Source: Limisphaerales bacterium (GTDB taxonomy: Bacteria > Verrucomicrobiota > Verrucomicrobiia > Limisphaerales > Palsa-1400). Taken from it: a stretch of DNA of 64,000 nucleotides. How positions within the stretch are numbered: the stretch's first letter is position 1; every line of letters starts with the position of its first letter. Below are positions 39,493 through 48,846 of this stretch, piece after piece. The notes beneath the pieces are model-generated. The model saw nothing but the letters and a program-made list of their open reading frames with translations, had not been told where the DNA came from and did no database searches. Made by a program: the position numbers and the translations under genes. The stretch is taken from NCBI GenBank assembly GCA_052139695.1, contig JBKQWF010000019.1:24570-88569 (forward strand). The letters run 5' to 3'.

Positions 39493-41139
39493 GTGAAGAG
39501 ACTATCCATTGAGCCTGGCGTCGCGGGCCGTTATGGGCTGGCGGCGACAGCGGGAGTCGTGGCGAGTTTGGGGTTTGCGCCCGCGCAATTGGACGGAGCG
39601 GCATGGGTGGGACCCGGGATGATATTGTTTTGCGCCTTGGGTTGGAGAGGGGCGAGGGCATTCCGGGTGGGCTTTACGGCGGGGTTGGCACACTTTCTTG
39701 CCTCTTTGTATTGGCTGCTGGCCATGCCTTTCACATGGCATGGTTTTCCCCTGGCGCCAGCGCTGGCTTGGGTGGCGTTGAGTGCCTATTGCGCGGCGTA
39801 CTTTGGGCTTTGGGTTTGGTTTTGCTGGAGAGTCTTTCCGACGGAAGAAACAGCGGGGGACTCGTCATTGATCGAAGTCATTGACCAATTCCTTCTGACG
39901 TCAGCCTGGCAACGCATCACCTGGGCATTTCTTTGCGCGGCTTCGTGGACGGCCCTGGAGTTTGCGCGAGGGCGGGTATTGGGGGGTTTTCCATGGAATT
40001 TTCTCGCGGTGTCCCAATACCGGCTGATTCCGGTCACGCAGATTGCATCCGTGACGGGTGTCTATGGCGTGTCGTTTCTCATGGTCTGGTTTTCGGTTGC
40101 GCTTCTCGCGGCCATGCTGGGATTGGCGCGGCAGCCTTCCACGCAACGAATCTGGAGCGATGTGGCCTTGCCCTTGTTGGCCGTGACGTGGGTAACCGGC
40201 TATGGAATGACGAAGATCGCGCATATCGGCTCCGCCGGACGGACTATAAGAGTGGCGTTGGTGCAGCCGAGCATTCCGCAAACTCTGATTTTTGATCCCA
40301 ACGCGGATGAAGCGCGTTTTCGGCAATTGCTCGACCTTTCCGACCAGGCATTGGCAGCGGAGCCGGCGGACCTATTGCTATGGCCGGAGTCGGCAGTTCC
40401 CAACCTCAGCCCGGAAAACCAGCAAGCCATCGGCCATTTCGTCGCCCGCCATCACGTCTGGCTGATTTTTTGCACGGACTTGACGGAAAGGCAGGCCTCC
40501 GGGGCCAATGCCCTCTATAACAGCGGCGTGGTGATCAGCCCTAAAGGAGAGGTTCAAGCCGTCTATCATAAACGGCGTCTGGTGATTTTTGGGGAATATG
40601 TGCCTTTGAGAAAATGGCTGCCTTTTTTGAAATGGCTGACTCCAGAAATGGAGGATTATACGCCAGGGGACCGTCCGGTGGCGTTCAAGTTGTCGCATCC
40701 TGACGCCACCACTTCGGTGTTGATCTGTTTTGAAGACATGTTTCCAGGGGAGGCGCGCGAACATGCCGGCCTGGATACCGACTTTTTGATCAATCTCACC
40801 AATGATGGCTGGTTTGGGGAAGGACCCGAACAAATGCAACAGGCGGCCAGCGCGGTTTTTCGGGCGGTGGAGAATGGGATGCCGCTGGTGCGGTGCGCCA
40901 ATAATGGGCTGACTTGCTGGGTGGATGCGCAAGGGCGCATGCGTCAGATCGAAGAGAAGGGCGGGAGCATTTATGGGCGCGGGTCCATGACCATTACGAT
41001 TCCCTTGGCTGGGCCGGGCGAACACCCGCAAACCATCTACAATCGCTATGGCGACTGGTTTGGGTGGATCTGCTGCGGGCTGAGTCTTGGAGCGCTCTTT
41101 CTGCGCCGGCGCAGCCAGGATGTGCCCATCGGCGCGTGA
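39493..41139 (+). CDS. lnt: Apolipoprotein N-acyltransferase
   Basis: GGFPW, VALVQP, WPES, YHK-x-x-LV-x-FGEY, ICFE, TNDGWF, RAVENG; start approximate. Confidence 0.95.
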   Translation: MKRLSIEPGVAGRYGLAATAGVVASLGFAPAQLDGAAWVGPGMILFCALGWRGARAFRVGFTAGLAHFLASLYWLLAMPFTWHGFPLAPALAWVALSAYCAAYFGLWVWFCWRVFPTEETAGDSSLIEVIDQFLLTSAWQRITWAFLCAASWTALEFARGRVLGGFPWNFLAVSQYRLIPVTQIASVTGVYGVSFLMVWFSVALLAAMLGLARQPSTQRIWSDVALPLLAVTWVTGYGMTKIAHIGSAGRTIRVALVQPSIPQTLIFDPNADEARFRQLLDLSDQALAAEPADLLLWPESAVPNLSPENQQAIGHFVARHHVWLIFCTDLTERQASGANALYNSGVVISPKGEVQAVYHKRRLVIFGEYVPLRKWLPFLKWLTPEMEDYTPGDRPVAFKLSHPDATTSVLICFEDMFPGEAREHAGLDTDFLINLTNDGWFGEGPEQMQQAASAVFRAVENGMPLVRCANNGLTCWVDAQGRMRQIEEKGGSIYGRGSMTITIPLAGPGEHPQTIYNRYGDWFGWICCGLSLGALFLRRRSQDVPIGA

Positions 41140-41294
41140 GACAGTGTCCAAAACGAGGACAGGCGTTCGGAATTAATGATACGCCTTAGCCGGCAATCAC
41201 CGCCAAAGGCCCGGCAGGCGGCAGATTTTGTAAAAAACTCTCGGGATGGCGCGGGGATTGCTAGGCAAAAAGTATGGAAATCGGACGACTATTT

Positions 41295-41405
41295 TCAGAG
41301 ACCATCGAGTACATCCTCGATCATGTTCTGCCGCCAGTGTCGTTCGCGGTCTTTCTCGTCGCGGAAGGAGTATTTGCTTACGCCCTTTTTCGCGTGGTAG
41401 TCCAT
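41295..41405 (-). CDS. Putative 36-aa small protein
   Basis: Manual: MDYHAKKGVSKYSFRDEKDRERHWRQNMIEDVLDGL, starting 20 nt after the upstream stop. Confidence 0.35.
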   Translation of the reverse strand: MDYHAKKGVSKYSFRDEKDRERHWRQNMIEDVLDGL

Positions 41406-41425
41406 TAACCAGACCCGCTTATTAG

Positions 41426-41620
41426 TTACCAGTCGTCCAACGCTGTTAAGTGATTGCCGCCCGTGTCTTCCAAGGCTGGCGGATCGCCAAACACGGAAGA
41501 CGGGTTGGGGGGATCGACTGCTTCCACTTGATCGGGGGCCTCTTCGAGCAACGCAGGCGGCTCGCCTATTGCAGGGTCCGATGCCGGCTCAATCCAAAAA
41601 CTGTTTTCATGCGCGTTCAT
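41426..41620 (-). CDS. Small acidic Pro-rich protein, 64 aa
   Basis: MNAHENSFWIEP...GEPPALLEE...GDPPALED...DDW; canonical promoter upstream. Confidence 0.5.
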   Translation of the reverse strand: MNAHENSFWIEPASDPAIGEPPALLEEAPDQVEAVDPPNPSSVFGDPPALEDTGGNHLTALDDW

Positions 41621-41679
41621 AAAAAAACTTGATAACAAAGATTTTCTCGCACTCAGCACAGCGGTGTGTCTCAGAAGCA

Positions 41680-41708
41680 ATCATAATATACATTTGGTGG
41701 AAAAGCAA
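41680..41708 (-). promoter_or_regulatory. sigma70 promoter
   Basis: TTGCTT-N17-TATGAT on the minus strand. Confidence 0.55.
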
Positions 41709-41828
41709 TCGGGGCTGATGACCGGCTGAAACTAGGGTATTGGGTCTATCGTTCTATCAGTGGTTCGCTGAGGCCTTCTTCGGACGATGGCCAATAGCAT
41801 AACCCTGAGCCACTGATAAGCTTGGAAG

Positions 41829-43277
41829 ATGTTGCGTGGAAGCGATTTTACGGCATGGGACGGCGGCATCGATGGGGCATTAACGCGGCTGATGGAACAT
41901 CTTTTTGGGCCGGGGGTTCATCACGAGGCGTTTTGGGGATTACGTTGGGAGGATATAGGGGTGGCGGCTTGGGTGGTCGTGCTGATATTGATGGCCGACG
42001 GCCTTTCCAGCTTGTTTCTCCGGCATAAACACAAAGAGGCAGATGAAAAGGCCGGGCCAAATGCCATTCTTCACACATTGCTGGATGCGCTGGCGGGGCC
42101 TTTGCGTATGCTCATTTGGGTTTCTGGCGCCTACCTCTCCGCCACCCTGCTGCTGATGAAGCTGAGCGCCGGCGCCGCGGTGGAGAGGGCGGCGGTCCTT
42201 ATTGACAACGCATTTTGCTTAGGATTGTTCGGGGCGCTGTTCTGGCTTTTTTTCCGGCTGACCCGTGTGTTGGAAGCCTTGCTGGTGGCATGGGCGGCAA
42301 AGGGCAAGTCGAAACTCGATCTGGTGGTGGCACCCCTGATCGCGCGCAGTTTCCGCGTCATTTTGCCGGTCGTGGGCATCATCTTCGCGTTGCCGGTGAT
42401 CGGATTGCCGCAGAACTGGGCGGGCATCGTGGCAAAGGGCAGCAGCATCCTGGTGATTGTGGCCATTACCTGGATTCTCTTTGAGGGCGTGAAATTGGGC
42501 GAGCAAGCCGTCCTGACAAAGTACGATATTCATGTGGCGGACAATCTTCAAGCCCGCAGGGTTTTTACGCAGGTGCATGTCATTGGGAAGACGATGTATG
42601 TGCTGATCGCGGTTTTTGCCATGGCCTCGGTGCTCATGCTGTTCGAGGAAGTCAGACGGCTCGGGACGACGATTTTGGCGTCGGCTGGAGCGGCGGGGAT
42701 CGTGCTGGGGATTGCCGCACAGCACACGCTGGCCAACCTGTTCGCGGGCATCCAAGTCGCGCTCACCCAGCCGATTCGGATGGATGATGTTTTGGTCGTC
42801 GAGGGGGAATGGGGCCGGGTGGAGGAAATCACCTTGACCTATGTGGTGATCCACATTTGGGATGATCGGCGCTTAGTGCTGCCCCTGAGCTACTTTATTG
42901 AGAAGCCGTTTCAGAATTGGACCCGTGTCTCCGCGCAGCTTCTAGGCTCCGTTTTCCTGTGGACGGACTATACGCTGCCCGTCGCGGAACTGCGGACGGC
43001 GGTTGGCAAAATCGTGGAATCCAGCGCGCTTTGGGACAAACGATTCTGGAACTTGCAGGTCAGCGATGCCACGGAGCAAACCATGCAACTTCGGGTCCTG
43101 GCGACCGCGGCAGATTCGAGCAAAGCATGGGACTTGCGCTGTGAAATCCGGGAGAAACTGATTGACTACGTGCAGAGGCACTACCCTCATAGCTTGCCGA
43201 GAAGACGGGTGAACGTGGAGCGGCCCGAAGAGTTGACAGGGGGAATCGCCCGCTCCCGGGAAGCCGCACAATGGTGA
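41829..43277 (+). CDS. Small-conductance mechanosensitive channel (MscS family)
   Basis: GIAAQHTLANLFAG, DVLVVEGEWGRVEEI, WDDRRLV-x-P, FQNWTR. Confidence 0.93.
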   Translation: MLRGSDFTAWDGGIDGALTRLMEHLFGPGVHHEAFWGLRWEDIGVAAWVVVLILMADGLSSLFLRHKHKEADEKAGPNAILHTLLDALAGPLRMLIWVSGAYLSATLLLMKLSAGAAVERAAVLIDNAFCLGLFGALFWLFFRLTRVLEALLVAWAAKGKSKLDLVVAPLIARSFRVILPVVGIIFALPVIGLPQNWAGIVAKGSSILVIVAITWILFEGVKLGEQAVLTKYDIHVADNLQARRVFTQVHVIGKTMYVLIAVFAMASVLMLFEEVRRLGTTILASAGAAGIVLGIAAQHTLANLFAGIQVALTQPIRMDDVLVVEGEWGRVEEITLTYVVIHIWDDRRLVLPLSYFIEKPFQNWTRVSAQLLGSVFLWTDYTLPVAELRTAVGKIVESSALWDKRFWNLQVSDATEQTMQLRVLATAADSSKAWDLRCEIREKLIDYVQRHYPHSLPRRRVNVERPEELTGGIARSREAAQW

Positions 43278-43410
43278 CGGAAATGGGTGACCGTGGAAGG
43301 GCCGATTTCTCAGGAGGATTTTGCGTGTGTCTGGGCAGGGGCCGGACAAGTTCCGTAGTTCCGTTTCGCTTGTTGTTGTGCCGAGGCGTTGCTTGGGCTA
43401 GTTTTGAATC

Positions 43411-44196
43411 ATGGCCTCTTCATTGGCTGGAAAGTGGGTTCTGATTACAGGAGCTTCGAGCGGGTTTGGCGCGGCGGCGGCCGCCGCCTTCGGCGCTTTG
43501 CGCTGCCAATTGCTTTTGGGGGCGCGCCGTCTGGACCGGCTGGAAACCGCGGCGGAGGCCGCGCGGCGGGCGGGGTCGCCTAAAGTGTTGGTTCACGCGC
43601 TGGACGTCACCAAAACGAGCAGCGTGGAAGAGTTTGTGCAATGGGCGCGCACCAAGACGAGCGCGGTGGACGTGCTCATTAACAATGCCGGCGGAGCGCA
43701 CGGTTTGGACCCGGTGGCGACGGGCCGGGACGAGGATTGGGAGGCGATGTTGCAAACGAATGTCCTGGGGCTGCTGCGCGTGACGCGGGCCGTTCTGCCC
43801 ATGATGCCCAAGGACGCGGGCAGTTCCATATTGAACATCGGTTCGGTGGCCGGCCGCTTTGCTTACGAGGGCGGGGCAGCCTATTGCGCGGCCAAAGCGG
43901 GGGAACTGAAAATCACCGAAGCCTTGCGCCTGGAACTCAACGGCACTGGCATCCGCGTGGGGACAATTGACCCGGGCCTGGCGCGGACCGATTTCAGCAT
44001 GGTTCGGTTTAAAGGCGATGAGGCGAAAGCGGACAAAGTTTATGAAGGGGTCCATCCGTTGGTGGCGGAGGATGTGGCGGAAGCGCTGGTCTGGGTGGCG
44101 GCGCGTCCCCCGCGCGTTAACATAGACGAAATGGTGATCAAATGCGTGGACCAGGCCGCCACGTTCAAAGTGTTCCGCCGCCCCCAAAACCCATAG
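43411..44196 (+). CDS. SDR oxidoreductase (YdfG-like)
   Basis: TGASSGFG, LINNAG, YCAAK, IDPG. Confidence 0.93.
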   Translation: MASSLAGKWVLITGASSGFGAAAAAAFGALRCQLLLGARRLDRLETAAEAARRAGSPKVLVHALDVTKTSSVEEFVQWARTKTSAVDVLINNAGGAHGLDPVATGRDEDWEAMLQTNVLGLLRVTRAVLPMMPKDAGSSILNIGSVAGRFAYEGGAAYCAAKAGELKITEALRLELNGTGIRVGTIDPGLARTDFSMVRFKGDEAKADKVYEGVHPLVAEDVAEALVWVAARPPRVNIDEMVIKCVDQAATFKVFRRPQNP

Positions 44197-44214
44197 ACGC
44201 GCCCAGAGGGAGCG

Positions 44215-45060
44215 TTATTTCCTGTCTTCGTCGAAGATTCGTCTTAGTAACTTTGCCGCGTCGTGATAATCGGGAATAGTTACATCGGCTCCGACCGCGG
44301 CCAATCGCTGGCGCTTCCACTCATCCATGCGGCCCGAGCCGTTGTGAGCTTCGTCACTCGCCACCGCAATGGCCAGTCCGCCCGCTTGTTTGGTGTTCTC
44401 GATTTCGACATAGCCATCGCCAAAGGCCATCAGTTGCCCGCCCGGGATATTGTTTTCGCGCAGAATTCGGTCAATGACCATTTTCTTGGAAAAGGTTTTG
44501 TAATTGTCCTGCGCGCCGTAGATGTGCGGGCCAAAATAGCGCGCCACATCGACTAACCCAGCCTCCTCTTTCACAAAGACTTCATCCGTCCCGCTGGCGA
44601 GATAGAGTTTCAGCCCGCGGCGCGACAGGTCTTCCAACAACATGCGGGAGCCCCAGACGAGCAGGTCGTCCGGGGGGATCGAGCCGGTGCGCAATCCCGC
44701 AAGGCGTGAGCTGATGCGGCCGTCCAGGCGTCGCAGGTATTCGTGCTTGTACCACAGTGGCTCGCGTGGCTGGCCGCCCCGTTCGCGAATGCGCTCGGCG
44801 AGCTGGATCATTTGGTAGATCGTTTGCTTTCCGTTAAGGCGCATGATGTCGTCGAGCGCGAGCTGTTGGAGGTCCGCCTCCGTCTCACCGGGGCGCGGCG
44901 GAAGCATCTCAACGAACATTGGCACCATGACTTCTGGCCAGCCTTGCCGGATGAGCGAGAGGGTGCCGTCGAAATCAAATAACACGTGCGTGACGCCGGG
45001 GCGCGGGGCAAAGCTTGGGGCGAACTCAGTCCTGCGGAGGATTGAACAGATTTCTGGCAT
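44215..45060 (-). CDS. HAD family hydrolase
   Basis: FDFDGTLS, LASGT, FGDGYVE. Confidence 0.9.
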   Translation of the reverse strand: MPEICSILRRTEFAPSFAPRPGVTHVLFDFDGTLSLIRQGWPEVMVPMFVEMLPPRPGETEADLQQLALDDIMRLNGKQTIYQMIQLAERIRERGGQPREPLWYKHEYLRRLDGRISSRLAGLRTGSIPPDDLLVWGSRMLLEDLSRRGLKLYLASGTDEVFVKEEAGLVDVARYFGPHIYGAQDNYKTFSKKMVIDRILRENNIPGGQLMAFGDGYVEIENTKQAGGLAIAVASDEAHNGSGRMDEWKRQRLAAVGADVTIPDYHDAAKLLRRIFDEDRK

Positions 45061-45226
45061 ATTCTCGAGATTTGTAGTCGATGGAGCGTGCGGTTTGACG
45101 CACAGCAACTTGGGATTTTGCCTATGGCCATCGACCCGCGACGGCCCCTTCGAGACAAGGATGCTGGCGAATCATGAAAATGACAATGGTTTTGTTGGGC
45201 GCCTTGGGCGCCCGACCTCTGCTGCT

Positions 45227-46026
45227 TTAATTGTGAGCTGGCTTATTTAAATCCCCCAGCATTCCGACGATTGTCTTTTGCACGTCGATATTGCGCAGGT
45301 TTCCCAAGTGGCCGCCTTCGGGGAAGACAGTCAATTGTGCTGGAGGGAAGGTGGCGTGGAGCCAGGTCAAATCCACGGGGGAAAGAAGAAAATCGTTTTC
45401 GTTGGCGATGATCCGGATTTTTTTGTTGGCGCGCAGGCCCGTTTCGTTGTCCGCGACGAATTGTATGGGGAGGTGTAGAGGAGGGGATTGGAAGCGGTAT
45501 CCGCGCCGAGGCCAACGGCATCGCGCTCGTTGCTCGGGCCATAAACAGGCAGCATGAGGAAACATTGCGGTTTCCAGCCCCATTGGCCGAAAGTCTGCCC
45601 AAAGTCCGCGTCGGCTTTGGGGATTCTGATTCGAGTCGCCGGGTCAAAAAAGCCCGCCAGGCCAACGGTGCTGTTGTAAAGAAAACGATAAGTCTCTTCG
45701 CGCGCGCCCGTCCATTTGCCCTGCAGAAGATTATTGATCAAACGGTCCGGATAATTGAGGTTCCGGCCCATCTTGGCGAGGCCGGTGCGCACCGGCTTTC
45801 TAATGACAAAGCGATAAGCCTCGGCTGTGGGTTTGAGCACGCCGGTCATAAGGCCCTTGTTGAAATCCCAAAAAGCACGGTTGACCGGCCCAATGGGATC
45901 AGGGACGGATTTAGGAAGGACGATGGCCGGCGCGGAGGGAAGCGCGTTCGTTTGCTGCCCGCGCGCCAGCGGCGCCGCGCACAGCGACACGATGAGCCAT
46001 GCGCAATTAATTCGCTGTCTTCCCAC
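45227..46026 (-). pseudogene. MlaA/VacJ-alpha/beta-hydrolase fusion gene with large internal deletion
   Basis: MlaA domain (DP...NR...FN, ADFGQTFG-x-WG, LPVYGPS-x-x-RD) switches at about 45450-45463 to a hydrolase C-terminus in another frame (IIANENDFLL...FPEGGHLGNL). Confidence 0.72.
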
Positions 46027-47080
46027 GGCTGCCCTTTATTACTTCGTGAATGAACTTGAGCTTGTCGATCGCCACTGTGGAAAGCGCGAAGGGATAAACG
46101 TCCAGCAACCCCATGCCCCGGTTGATCGCGTTGAGCGCGTAAGTCAGCGGGAACCAATTCTGCAGGACGGAGTCGAAATCGGCTTGAAAATCGTAGGGAC
46201 TCACCGGGTGCGAGATCATCGAAGCCGCCGCCGGGTGGTTTGGGGCCAGGGTGATGCCGTAGCTTTGCGCGGTTTCTGTCATATCTATTATGTGGAAGTA
46301 GTGCGCCCACGTTTCCGCCCAGTCTTCCCAAGGGTGGGCGGCGGCATAGGCGCTGACGTGCCGCGTCTGCCAATCCGGCGGCGGCCCTTGTGAGTAATGT
46401 TTCTTTAAAGCGCCCGCGTAGTCGGCAGTTTCGTTGCCGAACAATTTACGGAAACCAAGCAGCCACTTCCCATCCGCGACCAGCCTGTCCCAAAAGTAAT
46501 GGGCGATTTCGTGGCGGAAATGTCCCAGCAGCGTCCGGTAGGGTTCATGCAGATTTACCCGCCGTCGCTCGCGTTCCGCATCGTCAGCTTCGGCGATATT
46601 AACGACAATCAAACCATTGGTGTGGCCGGTGGTGAGAGGCGGCGCGCCGGGGACATCAGCAACAAAATTAAAACGGAGGGAGGGTCTTTTTTCCAAGGCG
46701 GTCAATGGCAGGCCGAGCCGGAGGATCGTGTAAATGACACGCCGTTTGGCCATTTCCAAGCGGTGCCAACGGTCCTGATTGCCCGCGACGGACATGTCGG
46801 GAATCAGCGCATTCAAGCGGCACGAGAGACAAAGCGGGTTGGCGTCGTCGGTCGCGACCATCCAGTTGCAAATCTGATATTGTCGGCCGTTGTCGCAAAG
46901 GCGGTAGAGACGATTTTTGGCCGCGGTTGCCGTTGTCCGCCAAAGACGGTTATCCGCGGGTTCCAAGGCGCCCAAGTCACAGGAATCGGGCAGGAAACCA
47001 AGCTGATGGTTGCATTTGACACATTTGCTGTTTTCAAAGAAAACGAGGCTGGCGCAAGGGTCGCAATGGAAGGCTTTCAA
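46007..47080 (-). CDS. Putative zinc-binding metallopeptidase (Zn-ribbon + DUF2248/Peptidase_Mx type)
   Basis: CDPC...CVKC, EPYRTLLGHFRHEIAHY, YAAAHPWEDWAETWAHY. Confidence 0.9.
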   Translation of the reverse strand: MKAFHCDPCASLVFFENSKCVKCNHQLGFLPDSCDLGALEPADNRLWRTTATAAKNRLYRLCDNGRQYQICNWMVATDDANPLCLSCRLNALIPDMSVAGNQDRWHRLEMAKRRVIYTILRLGLPLTALEKRPSLRFNFVADVPGAPPLTTGHTNGLIVVNIAEADDAERERRRVNLHEPYRTLLGHFRHEIAHYFWDRLVADGKWLLGFRKLFGNETADYAGALKKHYSQGPPPDWQTRHVSAYAAAHPWEDWAETWAHYFHIIDMTETAQSYGITLAPNHPAAASMISHPVSPYDFQADFDSVLQNWFPLTYALNAINRGMGLLDVYPFALSTVAIDKLKFIHEVIKGSRGKTAN

Positions 47081-47107
47081 GGTGTTTTTTGCCCGGACGC
47101 GGGTATG

Positions 47108-47266
47108 TCAAATATAGCCAAGCAAAAGCAGAATGATGACAATGACGAGCAATGTGCCGACGGTGCCGCTGGGCGCGTAGCCCCACGACCGGCTGTGGGG
47201 CCAGGTCGGAATGACTCCGAGAAGAATTAAGATTAAAATAACCAAAAGGATTCCACCGATGCTCAT
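47108..47266 (-). CDS. DUF3309 family small membrane protein
   Basis: ILLGVIPTWPHSRSWGYAPSG; GGAGG SD. Confidence 0.92.
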   Translation of the reverse strand: MSIGGILLVILILILLGVIPTWPHSRSWGYAPSGTVGTLLVIVIILLLLGYI

Positions 47267-47281
47267 ATCGGGAATCCTCCA

Positions 47282-47297
47282 AGCTTTTTTTATGCCA
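47282..47297 (-). promoter_or_regulatory. sigma54-like -24/-12 motif
   Basis: TGGCATAAAAAAAGCT with exact GG-N10-GC spacing, 15 nt before the DUF3309 ATG; -12 box is degenerate. Confidence 0.35.
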
Positions 47298-47382
47298 AAC
47301 AAATCCGCTTGCGGGCAATCCAGTTGACAGCCTTTGGGCCCGTGCAAAACGCCCGAAATCGTGCCTTTTGCCCTCTGGATCG

Positions 47383-48309
47383 TTATTTTGCGGGTTGACC
47401 GGCCCATAGACCGTGAAGAATGATCGCCGCGCCAATGAGCGGCAGGGGAATGAAGGCCAACCGGATGCGCACGCCAGTAAAGTACTGGGTCATGGTGGCT
47501 CCGATTTGCGCCCCGATGGCTGCCCCGGTGTGCATGATCAACGCGATCAGAATGTCCACATTTCCCTTTAAAGCGTGCGTGAGGGTGCCATAACCGGCGG
47601 AGATAATGATCTCGAAAAGATCGGTGCCAATGGCCACGTGCGTGGGCACGCCCAGCAGGTAAACCATGGCCGGCATGCGAATATAGCCTGCGCCCCCGCC
47701 GAGAAAGCCGCTAAAGAATCCGCCGAATAAGGAAACAGCCAGGATCGACCAGACGGAGATGCGTTTTAACCCGGAGGTCGGGAGATTAATGAAGGGAGGG
47801 AGGCCAAATTCCTGGATGATTCTCGCCACATGCCGAAAAGCCGAGATGTCGAGTCTGGCCGAGCCTGTGCTTTTCCCTGATCGTTTTTCGGCCCGCTGCA
47901 TCTGCAATGTTTTGCGGCACTCCCAGGCCATAAATCCGGAAATGCCAACGAGCAGAAAAATGAAACTGGTTCCGACGACAGCGTCGATGTGAGGCGTTTT
48001 TTTTAAGTATTGAATCAACTGCGCGCCGCCTTCGACACCGGCAATCGTTCCAATGACCATGAATCCAGCCAGCTTGAGGTCGATGTTTCCGAGGCTGCCA
48101 TGCTTCCGCGCCGCGACGATGGATTTGCCGACGATGTGGGCCAGATCTGTTCCCACCACAAAGTTCATCGGGACACCGAGTCCGAAGAGAGCGGGCCCGG
48201 CCAGAAAACTGCCGCCGACGCCAAAAAAACCGCCGAAAATCCCCACCACAAAACCCACCATCACCAGCCACACGGGGCTTATGTGAGTGTGGGAAATCTG
48301 GAAATCCAT
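47383..48309 (-). CDS. Sulfite exporter TauE/SafE family protein
   Basis: GGFFGVGGSF, AVGTD-type motif in both halves, GFLGGGAG. Confidence 0.92.
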   Translation of the reverse strand: MDFQISHTHISPVWLVMVGFVVGIFGGFFGVGGSFLAGPALFGLGVPMNFVVGTDLAHIVGKSIVAARKHGSLGNIDLKLAGFMVIGTIAGVEGGAQLIQYLKKTPHIDAVVGTSFIFLLVGISGFMAWECRKTLQMQRAEKRSGKSTGSARLDISAFRHVARIIQEFGLPPFINLPTSGLKRISVWSILAVSLFGGFFSGFLGGGAGYIRMPAMVYLLGVPTHVAIGTDLFEIIISAGYGTLTHALKGNVDILIALIMHTGAAIGAQIGATMTQYFTGVRIRLAFIPLPLIGAAIILHGLWAGQPAK

Positions 48310-48555
48310 CTATTTCCCCTTTTTTCCCATGACGAATTCCAGGAGAGCGCGCCCGCAGATTTCCAGCACAAACCCTTGGCCAATGATCAGCAGCAAAGCT
48401 GCGGCGGCGTAAGTCTTTCGCTCTTCCTGGAACAGATAGAACAGCCATTTGCCAAGGAAATGCAGAACGAGAAAGCCGTATCCGAGGACCAACGCGGCAT
48501 AAAGCGGCAACTCAATGGAAAACGCTTTTAGGATGCTTTTGATGTTCGGTTTCAT
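48310..48555 (-). CDS. Small membrane protein
   Basis: 81 aa with two TM segments; abuts the TauE gene. Confidence 0.65.
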   Translation of the reverse strand: MKPNIKSILKAFSIELPLYAALVLGYGFLVLHFLGKWLFYLFQEERKTYAAAALLLIIGQGFVLEICGRALLEFVMGKKGK

Positions 48556-48680
48556 CCATTTTCGAAATCCAATTTTGGGCGGCACGTTGATTTTGTCAAA
48601 TAGGATTCCTAATGTATGATCCAAAAGCAAAGGGAGCGCCTGCCGCTCCCAGCGATGATCCGTCCCAGACTCTGCCAGGC

Positions 48681-48815
48681 CTATTTTCCCAGCAATTTGG
48701 CGACAATAAAAATGAGAATCGCCCCGCCCAGACCGCCTCCGGCCAGGAGGTAAACCAATGAATAACCGGCTGCGGCAAACATGGGAGCCACCGCGAGGAT
48801 AGGCATAGTAATCAT
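48681..48815 (-). CDS. Small membrane protein, 44 aa
   Basis: Manual: MITMPILAVAPMFAAAGYSLVYLLAGGGLGGAILIFIVAKLLGK; below ORF-track cutoff. Confidence 0.65.
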   Translation of the reverse strand: MITMPILAVAPMFAAAGYSLVYLLAGGGLGGAILIFIVAKLLGK

Positions 48816-48846
48816 ATTAAACCTTGTGATTTGTTTGTTTTTGAGT

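Noticed and set aside
38298-41139. lnt as the N-carbamoylputrescine amidase partner of the agmatine deiminase
   Set aside because: It has the Lnt membrane domain and Lnt-specific motifs; the shared nitrilase fold is coincidental.
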